Assembly (NCBI GenBank): GCA_002269645.1
Contig: NIVC01000881.1
Span: 1-64,000, forward strand
Direction of reading: 5' to 3'
Length of the DNA: 64,000 bases
Origin: Macrostomum lignano
Lineage: Eukaryota
Shown: one piece after another, positions 52,901 through 61,959 of the stretch
How the letters are laid out: every line of letters begins with the position of its first letter
Position numbering within the stretch: position 1 is the stretch's first letter
Position numbers and translations under genes: made by a program
Notes under the pieces: model-generated
Seen by the model: only the letters and a program-made list of their open reading frames with translations
What the model was told of the DNA's origin: nothing
Database searches by the model: none

Positions 52901-55900
52901 TCCACATCAACCACAACTACGCCGCCGTCGACCACAACCACTACGCCAACGTCGACAACAACCACAACGCCTTCAACAACAACTACAACACCAACATCGA
53001 CGACCACAACTACAACACCGACTTCGACGACGACAACTACAACACCGACTTCGACGACGACAACTACAACACCGACTTCGACGACGACAACTACAACACC
53101 TACTTCGACGACGACTACTACAACACCTACTTCGACAACAACCACAACCTCGACGTCGACTACGACAACGCCGCCGTCGACCACAACTACTACACCAACG
53201 TCGACAACAACCACAACGCCTTCAACAACAACTACAACACCAACATCGACGACGACAACTACAACACCTACTTCGACGACGACTACTACAACACCTACTT
53301 CGACAACAACCACAACCTCGACGTCGACTACGACAACGCCGCCGTCGACCACAACTACTACACCAACGTCGACAACAACCACAACGCCTTCAACAACAAC
53401 TACAACACCAACATCGACGACGACAACTACAACACCTACTTCGACGACGACAACTACAACACCTCCTTCGACGACGACAACTACAACACCGACTTCGACG
53501 ACGACTACTACAACACCAACTTCGACGTCGACTACGACAACGCCGCCGTCGACCACAACTACTACACCAACGTCGACAACAACCACAACGCCTTCTACGA
53601 CCACGACACCGCCGTCGACGACAACTACGACACCATCAACTACGACCACTACACCAACAACCACGACAACGTCGACGTCGACTAGTACTACAACGCCTTC
53701 CACTACTACAGTGCCGCGTGTTTGTATTGAAATTGATGGACTTTCGAACCCATTCATCATCTCACCATCGAATATTCAAGTAATCGGTGGAACACAGTCT
53801 GGATACACGGCTTCTGATTTAGAAAAGTTGCGCCTGTCATCACCAGTCCCATTTAATTTGAACCGGCCAACAGCCACATCTTTTAGTAATCCAAATGAGA
53901 ACATTCTAATTGAAGTGAACCCTGCAGCTGAATCGACCAGCGGAGTAGAGATTGGACGAATTGAGCTGAGGTTTACAGCCCCCGAAGTAACAGCCGTTCG
54001 AGTGTACAACAAGCCGACGCTTTCTCAACCAAATTGGGACACTTACTATTTCTCTGGCAGCAATCTCACGAACTGCAAGTCAGACCTAATGGTGTGCCTT
54101 AGTACAGTCTCTATTGTGTCGAAAATGCTTCGATTCGAGGTCTTCTACACATCTGTAACTGACAAAAACAGCATCGACCTCCAAATTGGAATATATGGAT
54201 GTTTCAAGCAAGGCTCCACAACTTCACCGGCGACAACGACCACGCCCACATCGACGACTACCACTCCAACGTCAACAACCACAACAACGCCTTCAACAAC
54301 TACCACCACTCCGTCGTCAACAACAACCACAACGGCTTCAACAACTACAACACCAACTTCGACGACAGCTACTACAACACCAACTTCGACGACCACAACC
54401 TCGACGTCGACTACGACAACGCCGCCGTCGACCACAACCACTACACCAACGTCGACAACAACCACAACGCCTTCAACAACAACTACAACACCAACATCGA
54501 CGACGACAACTACAACACCTCCTTCTACAACTACGACCTCAACATCGACAACCACAACGCCAACGTCGACTACAACTACGCCAACGTCGACTACGACTAC
54601 GCCAACGTCGACAACTACAACACCTCCTTCTACAACTACGACCTCAACATCGACAACCACAACGCCAACGTCGACTACAACTACGCCAACGTCGACTACG
54701 ACTACGCCAACGTCGACAACTACAACGCCTACATCGACGACAACAACACCTACAACAACAACGACCTCGACGTCGACGACCACAACTCCACCGTCTACAA
54801 CAACTACGACACCATCATCAACAACGACAACCTCAAGCTCAACAACGACCACAGCACCAACGACGACAACCTCGACGTCGACCACCACGACATCGCCGTC
54901 GACGACTACTACGCCGCCTTCGACAACCACGACTACAGAGAACATTCTTGCAAAGAGCACCTCCTTGCCGCAGCGTTGCATTGAGGAAGACGGCATGGCG
55001 AACAATGGTCCAATTGGGTTGAGCGACATCTCTGTAAGTGCTTCCACTCAAGGTGTTGGACTCATTGCGCAAAGCGAGTTGAACCTCCTTCGTCCGTCGA
55101 CGAGTGGTCTTGATGTCAACCGCGCACCTTCAGTAACCCGCAAAGATGAAAGCATTTCCTTTGACTTCAATGTCAGTGGCGACGACGGCAGTCAGTCGAT
55201 TATCGGAAAGCTCAGCATCATTTCAAGCACTCCAGGATTGATTACGTCAATCCAGCTGTATGAATCGTCTGGTGCTGCTGCAACCTTCACATTAGTAAAA
55301 TCTGCCAACAGTGCTGAGGACGTGGCCACGTGTAGCAATAACTTTATCGAGTGTGCCTCAATCGGCGGCCTTGGTCTACAGACAAACAGAATCAGAATCA
55401 AGTTCAACTTCATCAATACGAACAACCTTCCGGTCAATGTTCAGGTAAGCATGCTAGGATGTTACACAAGACTTTCGACCACAACATCAACGTCGACGTC
55501 GACGTCGACGTCTACGACAACATCCACATCAACCACAACTACGCCGCCGTCGACCACAACCACTACGCCAACGTCGACAACAACCACAACTCCTTCAACA
55601 ACAACTACAACACCAACATCGACGACCACAACTACAACACCGACTTCGACGACGACAACTACAACACCGACTTCGACGACGACAACTACAACACCGACTT
55701 CGACGACGACAACTACAACACCTACTTCGACGACGACAACTACAACACCGACTTCGACGATGACAACTACAACACCGACTTCGACGACGACTACTACAAC
55801 GCCGACTTCGACAACGACTACTACAACACCAACTTCGACGACCACAACCTCGACGTCGCCTACGACAACGCCGCCGTCGACCACAACGACTACACCAACG

Positions 55901-58900
55901 TCGACAACAACCACAACGCCTTCAACAACAACTACAACACCGACATCGACATCGACAACGATAACTACAACACCTCCTTCGACGACGACAACTACAACAC
56001 CCACAACGTCGACCACAACCTCGACGTCGACTACAACAACGCCGCCGTCGACCACAACTACTACACCAACATCGACAACAACCACAGCGGCTTCGACATC
56101 TACAACTCCAAGTTCGACAACAACTACAAAACCAACTTCGACGACGACAACTACAACACCAACTTCGACGGCAACGACCACGACACCGCCGTCGACAACA
56201 ACCCCGTATACGACAACAAACACAACATCTGCAACGACTACTACGACACCAACAACATCAACCACAACTCCACCGTCGTCTACAACCACAACATCTACTT
56301 CGAAAACTACTCTGTCGTCTTCAATATCGACGTCAGTAACCACTTCTCCTGGGATTTCAGGCACACCTACATGTGTGATGATTGAGCCGAGTGAGTATTT
56401 GTTTTATATTATTATTTTGTTCCTGATGGTGCTGAACATACGAATTTTACTTATTTGAAAACCGTTTTTTAGCGACTCCTCCTCCATGTCTTGCTCGCGG
56501 TGACTGCGAGTGCATGGTGGCTATGAGCGAAGTCTCCAAGGAGTTGCAGTTGTCTGAGTCTTATCCAAGAGACGTTTGGGTTGAGTTGGACGGCACCTCA
56601 GGTTTGTCCTCTCCTTTAGAAAAGATTAATGAAGGTGACATGCTGGAGTCTGGTGTGGTTATTCGGATAGACTGCGGCCAGTGCAGCTGCAGCAATGGCG
56701 CTCTCCGGTGCAGTAAGACGAACTGCTCGAACGATTGTCAGTGGGGCCAGTGGAAGCCGTGGGGCTCCTGCTCATCGACCTGCGGCACCGGTGTTCGGTA
56801 CAGAAATCGCACCGTCGCTTCTCCTGCTCGGTTCGGCGGCGAGCCGTGTCAGCCTAAAGACTTCCAGGTAAGCTGTGTCCAAAATCCGTTCCTACAACGG
56901 AATGGAGCCGAGCTCCGTTAGCAATCGATAGTTTGTCTGACTAGCCAAATATAGGGGAGATTTCGCACCAGTCTCCCTGGCCACTTTACAGGCTGTTTAG
57001 ACATTCCCGTTATTAACTGCTAATCTCTGAAGACATATTCGAAGACAGTTTCATTCTATCTGAAGCCTTAGTCGACGTGAGATCCGTCTTATTCAGTACA
57101 GACCGGTGCTTTAGTTGAAGCCGCTAGCTTATTGTAGATAAAACAGTCGTGTGTTCTGAACTAATTCTTTGAATTGTTCAATTATTCAGGAATTTGAGCT
57201 GTGCAACACTCAGAGATGTCCGTGCGTGTGGAGTCAGTGGTCTGCCTGGTCCGACTGCTCTCAGACCTGCAACGGCGGAGTAAAGACCCGGACGAGGACG
57301 CCCCAGGGCGACTGCCTGCTAGAGGACGCAACCACCGAGACAGCCCTGTGCAACGTTCATCCGTGCGGCTCGACCACTACTTCGCCAAGCTGCTCCGAGG
57401 GCAAGGTGATGCGACAGTGCAGCACCACGTCCTGCCCTTACACCTGTGGTCATGTCACTAACGAGACCTGTTCAGACCAGCTGGCCTGCTCAACTGGCTG
57501 CTTCTGCGAGCAAGGCTTCGTGTTCGACGAGAAAGCCCGGGCCTGCGTGAAGCCGGACCAGTGCACCTGCGACCTGACCACCCTGAGCTGCGGCCTCTGC
57601 TCGCAGGGCCGCTGCGTCAACGGCGTTGCCACCTGCGTGCCAACAACAAACTGCGACTGCACCTGGGGACCCTGGTCAGACTGGGAGCCCTGCTCGAAGG
57701 CCTGCGACGGCGGCTCAAGGACTCGAACCCGGGCCCAGGCTACCAGCCGTCGCGGCACCGGTCGAGCCTGCGTTGGCCTCGCCTCTGAGTCAGAGCCATG
57801 CAATACGGGCCGCTGCCCAGGCTGCTTGGACCGCTTCGGCAACCGGGTGCCGCCTGGCGAAACCATGCCCTCCGAGAACCCCTGCGAGATCTGCTACTGC
57901 AGCTACTTCACCGGCAGGCCCGAGTGCATGCCGAAACGCCCAGACGACGCGTCGAATCCGGCGCCGCAGTGGTCTGATTGGTCGGAATTCTCAGCCTGCA
58001 GCGCGCCGTGCGGCACGGGCACCAAGCGCCGGAGCCGCGCCTGCGTCCGCCTGTGCGTCAACGACACGCGCAGCTGCGCTCCGGACGCCAGGGGCCGCAT
58101 GGACGCCGATCAGCAGTCCTGCAACCGGCAGGATTGCGCCCCACCAGTCGACTGTCAAGTCTCCGACTGGACTAACGGCACCTGCTATGCCAACTGTGAC
58201 GGCGTCAACCCCACCGCCACCGGCCAACAGCTGCGGCTCCGCCAGATCACCAGGCAGGCGGCCAACGGTGGCAAGGCCTGTCCGTCAACTTACGAAGTTG
58301 TTCCGTGCAGCAAGCAGTGCAAAGTGGACTGTCTGGTAGGCCAGTGGTCCGCCTGGAGCGAGCGAGTCAAGAACTGCGTCGGCACCGGCTGCAATCCCAG
58401 CTGCGGCGTTGGCGAGAGGGAGAGAACCCGGCCAGTGCTGCGGCCGGCGGCCAACGGAGGCCAGGCGTGTCGAGACCACGAGTTCGAGCCCGTGCTGATG
58501 CCCTGCAACGAGACCGTCTGCTCCGGCCCAGAGACTCTCATCAGCTGCGCCACCAAGTGCTGGCGAACTTGCTCGGATGTGCGCGCCAACAAGCAGTGCC
58601 AGGACGTCGGCTGCATGCAGGGCTGCGGCTGCGCTGGAGACAAGGTCAGGGAGGCCGACACCTGCGTGGCGGTGGCCGAGTGCAGCTGCGAGCATCCCGA
58701 GAACGCGAGCCGCCTGATGCCGCCGGGCTCGGTGGTGAACAAGGCCTGCAACAAGTGCACCTGCGTCAGCGGCCAGTTCGTCTGCGAGGAGAAGAGCTGC
58801 GCCCAGGACTGCGTCTGGTCGGCTTGGCAGAAAGTTGGCGGCTGCAACGTCACCTGCGGCTCCGGCAAGCAGACCTGGACCAGGTAAATTCGTAGAGACT

Positions 58901-59760
58901 GGCTCTGGATACGCCTCTGACCCTGTGACCAACAGCCAGTGGACACTGAACCCTGGACAGAGAGCCATTATTAGACACTGAACCCTGGACAGAGAGCCAT
59001 TAATAGACACTGAACCCTGGACAGAGAGCCATTAATAGACACTGAACCCTGGACAGACAGCCATTAATAGACACTGAACCCTGGACAGAGAGCCATTAAT
59101 AGACACTGAACCCTGGACAGAGAGCCATTATTAGACACTGAACCCTGGACAGAGAGCCATTATTAGACACTGAACTCTGGACAGAGAGCCATTATTAGAC
59201 ACTGAACTCTGGACAGAGAGCCATTATTAGACACTGAACTCTGGACCCGACCTCCCCTCAGATCCATCGCAACCCCAGCTGCCAACGGCGGTGCCGAGTG
59301 CGTCGGGCCGACCAGCCGCGTCACCGACTGCTTCGGCGACGAGGGTGCCTGCTGCAACCCCAATGACGCGTACGTGGACACCGGCCGATGCGAGACCACC
59401 TGCGCCCAGCTGCTGAACCCGGAGCTCGCGCAGCCGCAGTCTAACTGCCAGCCGGGTTGCCAGTGCAAGCCGGGCATGGCCAGGAACGCCAACGGCAGCT
59501 GCGTCAGCATCCAGGACTGCTTCGCCTGCCAGGTGAGCGGCGGGCGGCGGCGGTTGTGGGCTAACTAGCTAACTAGCTAACTAACTAACTAACTAACTGA
59601 CTAACTAACTAACTAACTAACTAGCTAACTGACTAACTGACTAACTAACTAACTAACAAGCTAACTAACTAACTAACTAACTGACTAACTAACTAACAAG
59701 CTAACTAACTAAATAACTAACCTAGCTAAATAGCTAAATAGCTAAATAGCTAACTAGATG

Positions 59761-59791
<31 letters not shown>

Positions 59792-59812
59792 GACTAACTA
59801 ACTAACTAACTG

Positions 59813-59843
<31 letters not shown>

Positions 59844-59888
59844 GACTAACTAACTAACTGACTAACTAACTAACTAACTAACTAACTG

Positions 59889-59923
<35 letters not shown>

Positions 59924-59952
59924 GACTAACTAACTAACTAACTAACTAACTG

Positions 59953-60007
<55 letters not shown>

Positions 60008-60100
60008 GACTAACTAACTAACTAACTGACTAACTAACTAACTAACTAACTAACTGACTAACTAACTAACTGACTAACTAACTAACTAACTAACTAACTG

Positions 60101-60135
<35 letters not shown>

Positions 60136-60164
60136 GACTAACTAACTAACTAACTAACTAACTG

Positions 60165-60215
<51 letters not shown>

Positions 60216-60252
60216 GACTAACTGACTAACTAACTAACTAACTAACTAACTG

Positions 60253-60303
<51 letters not shown>

Positions 60304-61418
60304 GACTAACAGGTGAACGGCGTCGCCTGGCCCAGCGGCCGTGTGGACGTGGACCGGGCCAACTGCAGCAAGCGGCTGTGCCTTCATGGCCAGCTGTCAA
60401 CACAGCCGCTCGAACTCTCCGAGGTGCCGCCCTGCACGCTGTCCGACGAGGTGCAGGCCGGCACCGCCGGATCCGAAGCGCAGCGGGTGATGGACAAGTC
60501 CGGCTGCTGCTACCGGGCCAGCCTGCGGGCCTGCGCCAGGGGCAGCACCCTGCTGAGGGAGGCCAAACGTCCGGACGGCCGCTTCTGCCGGTTCGCTACC
60601 CCAGTCAGCATCGACCGGTGCGTAGGCGCCTGTCCGGGTAGCAACTCTGTGCACGTCACTGAGCAGGTGAGTCCGAGCCTTGATGTGGGTAGCCTAATGG
60701 GCAGTGCCTAAGAGAGGCAGAGTCTCAGGCACTGAGGGAGAGGCAGATTCTCAGGCACTGAGGGAGAGGCAGATTCTCAGGCACTGAGGGAGAGGCAGAG
60801 TCTCAGGCACTGAGGGAGAGGCAGATTCTCAGGCACTGAGGGAGAGGCAGATTCTCAGGCACTGAGGGAGAGGCAGATTCTCAGGCACTGAGGGAGAGGC
60901 AGATTCTCAGGCACTGAGGGAGAGGCAGATTCTCAGGCACTGAGGGAGAGGCAGATTCTCAGGCACTGAGGGAGAGGCAGATTCTCAGGCACTGAGGGAG
61001 AGGCAGAGTCTCAGGCACTGAGGGAGAGGCAGATTCTCAGGCACTGAGGGAGAGGCAGATTCTCAGGCACTGAGGGAGAGGCAGATTCTCAGGCACTGAG
61101 GGAGAGGCAGATTCTCAGGCACTGAGGGAGAGGCAGATTCTCAGGCACTGAGGGAGAGGCAGATTCTCAGGCACTGAGGGAGAGGCAGATTCTCAGGCAC
61201 TGAGGGAGAGGCACCAGCAGGAATCCAGTGAAACGCACAGCTGCCCCACTGCACCACTGCAGGGCACGGTGAAGGTGATGGGCGAGTGCTCCTGCTGCAA
61301 CCCGACGGGCTACCGGGCCAAGCCGGCCATCACGGCGGCCTGCACGGACGGCGGCAGCATGCAGCTGACTCTGTACGCTATCGAGGGCTGCAAGTGCTCG
61401 GCCGGATTCAAGCCGTGA
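16722..61418 (+). CDS. SSPO-like: Giant secreted SCO-spondin-like / gel-forming mucin-like protein, ~9,970 aa, 27 coding exons
   Basis: Exons: 16722-16858, 17425-17664, 18195-18370, 19747-19914, 21168-21370, 21532-21906, 22062-22347, 22905-23145, 23672-24179, 24941-25105, 27362-27605, 28723-29168, 29828-29975, 30081-30357, 30626-31167, 32314-32742, 33053-33169, 33296-33415, 33515-33640, 33717-33808, 33914-35147, 35624-56390, 56473-56867, 57190-58883, 59262-59532, 60313-60666, 61263-61418. All junctions are GT-AG with matching phases. The total is 29,913 nt after restoring two single-base deletions in the large exon. Domain motifs read through the junctions. Confidence 0.88.
16887..17302. repeat. 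Intronic minisatellite, ~13-bp unit (GAAGATAGAACRY)
   Basis: Degenerate tandem array in intron 1 of the giant gene. Confidence 0.92.
17835..18135. repeat. Intronic minisatellite, 20-bp unit (CCCTGTCTAACATGTTCACA)
   Basis: Tandem array in intron 2, degenerating towards the acceptor. Confidence 0.92.
18775..19400 (+). mobile_element. Dispersed repeat family member 1, with internal 136-bp tandem unit (~3.5 copies) and 3' hairpin
   Basis: Shares TTTTAG..AAGACTCG..TTGGCCCTC, TTTCCGCACAAAAT, TTTATTGCC and GCTGGCTAATGTACATTA blocks with 29270-29430 and 31415-31840. Perfect 10-bp stem CTGGCTAATG/CATTAGCCAG at 19354-19389. Confidence 0.7.
19935..21030. repeat. Intronic minisatellite, 21/24-bp unit (GTTGACGACTCTGTCTCACCT), ~50 copies
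   Basis: Fills intron 4 and produces the spurious LSHLLMT ORF extension. Confidence 0.95.
21168..32600 (+). CDS. Exons 5-16 of giant gene: three VWD-C8-TIL-VWC assemblies (VWF D1-D2-D3-like)
   Basis: VWD starts [27 protein letters not shown] and [13 protein letters not shown]; GLCGDYDG / GLCGNFD / GLCGNFDG motifs; C8 domains ([15 protein letters not shown]; [17 protein letters not shown]); TIL domains (C...EC.SACPTTC). Confidence 0.92.
23222..23620. repeat. Intronic minisatellite, 21-bp unit (AACCGGTATAAGCTCCAGTCT), ~18 copies
   Basis: Tandem array in intron 8. Confidence 0.95.
24225..24750. repeat. Intronic minisatellite, 21-bp unit (GTGTGAATCCATGTTTAATGT), ~24 copies
   Basis: Tandem array in intron 9 with degenerate flanking copies. 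Confidence 0.95.
25107..25235. repeat. Short 30-bp tandem repeat (GAGTCCACTCCCTCTCCTGACTGATTCTGA), ~4 copies
   Basis: Immediately after the exon 10 donor. Confidence 0.85.
25303..25812. repeat. Perfect 14-bp minisatellite (TCACAGTGAACGAG), ~36 copies
   Basis: Homogeneous array in intron 10. Confidence 0.97.
27688..28715. repeat. Intronic minisatellite, 21-bp unit (CTCAACAATCCCGTACCGATC / ...CCTGTT), ~48 copies
   Basis: Fills intron 11; two unit variants segregate 5' versus 3'. Confidence 0.95.
29270..29430 (+). mobile_element. Dispersed repeat family member 2 (single-unit copy)
   Basis: Same conserved blocks as 18775-19400, in intron 12. Confidence 0.65.
30375..30490. repeat. 30-bp tandem repeat (GGTTCTATCTACCAGATTGCTGTAACAGCT), ~3.5 copies
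   Basis: Intron 14. Confidence 0.85.
31415..31840 (+). mobile_element. Dispersed repeat family member 3, with internal ~120-bp tandem duplication
   Basis: Same conserved blocks as 18775-19400, in intron 15. Confidence 0.65.
32620..33940 (+). CDS. Five LDL-receptor class A repeats of giant gene (end of exon 16 to start of exon 21)
   Basis: Motifs [61 protein letters not shown] and [16 protein letters not shown], on small mostly phase-1 exons. Confidence 0.92.
32810..33005. repeat. Degenerate ~30-35-bp tandem repeat (ACTGAGGATCTGGAAGG core)
   Basis: Recurrent core motif in intron 16; units are poorly conserved. Confidence 0.5.
33914..35147 (+). CDS. Exon 21: PTS - discoidin-like domain (type A) - PTS - sixth LDLa repeat
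   Basis: ORF 33908-35188: Thr-rich tract, domain CIEEDGM...MLGC (34253-34738), second Thr-rich tract, then [37 protein letters not shown]. Donor at 35148. Confidence 0.88.
35624..56390 (+). CDS. Exon 22: 20.8-kb mucin exon (~6,920 aa) of Thr/Ser/Pro tracts alternating with 18 discoidin-like domains
   Basis: Covered by ORFs 35611-42534, 41844-50075 and 50087-56458, joined by two 1-nt deletions relative to sibling repeat copies (about 42465 and 50066). Acceptor TTGCAG at 35623, donor GTGAGT at 56391. Confidence 0.85.
56473..61418 (+). CDS. Exons 23-27: VWC, seven TSP1 repeats, three TIL domains and C-terminal cystine knot (CTCK)
   Basis: TSP1 motifs [49 protein letters not shown] and others; TIL C..TC..C..GC.C; [22 protein letters not shown]...ECSCCNP...C.DG...IEGCKC; stop TGA 61416-61418. 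Confidence 0.9.
58935..59246. repeat. Intronic minisatellite, 32-bp unit (AGACACTGAACCCTGGACAGAGAGCCATTATT), ~9.5 copies
   Basis: Fills intron 24. Confidence 0.95.
59563..60310. repeat. (ACTA)n microsatellite with ACTG variants, ~185 units
   Basis: Occupies essentially all of intron 25 and runs directly into the acceptor (…ACTAACAG). Confidence 0.97.
60712..61212. repeat. Intronic minisatellite, 26-bp unit (GAGGGAGAGGCAGATTCTCAGGCACT), ~19 copies
   Basis: Fills intron 26. Confidence 0.95.
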
Positions 61419-61959
61419 GTTCGAGTTTCGAGCGAGCAATGAAAAACTTCAATAATGAAAGAGACAATACAAACTGCTTATTAACCTGTGCGGATTTCTG
61501 GTGGCGGGAGCAAAGCTTACAAAGTATTGTAATTCTAAGGGATTGAAGAAACTATTTTTCATATATTCTATTACATTGGCAGGCAAATAGCAATGTGTCT
61601 GTTCCAACCGCTGTGATGCGCATACGATAAATATCTTGCGGATTGCCCCAATTTATTCCTAATATTATCCTTAAAATAGAGCCAGATGGATTCAGATTAC
61701 ACAGTTTTTTTGCGAAGAAGCTGTGATTAAATATAGCAACTCTATTCATTGCATTGCAAAGCTCCGCCCATTCTTACGGTGCTTTTCTGTGTTAAGCTTT
61801 CGTTACTTTGTCAAAAGAGAAAATTAAGGAAGGCGCGTGACTTGTTAGGGACACTGCAATGTCAGCAGGGGTTTCCACCCCGGTCTGAATCTACTTCCGT
61901 GTCCATCAGAGAGGGGTCTGAGATTGTGGGTGAGAGAGGGGTCAAAAAGGGTGAAGTCA

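Noticed and set aside
33874-56385. Antisense poly-Val ORFs and sense Asn/Asp-rich or Gln/Arg-rich alternative-frame ORFs
   Set aside because: Expected shadows of ACN-codon Thr repeats; they stop wherever the folded domains begin.
59563-60310. Interstitial telomeric repeat
   Set aside because: The reverse complement is (TTAG)n, not TTAGGG or TTAGG.
16722-61418. Naming the giant gene as MUC2/MUC5, VWF or a published flatworm adhesive protein
   Set aside because: LDLa, TSP1 and EMI domains and the absence of a post-PTS VWD do not fit vertebrate mucins or VWF. Identity with published adhesive proteins cannot be tested without a search, and the host species is not established.
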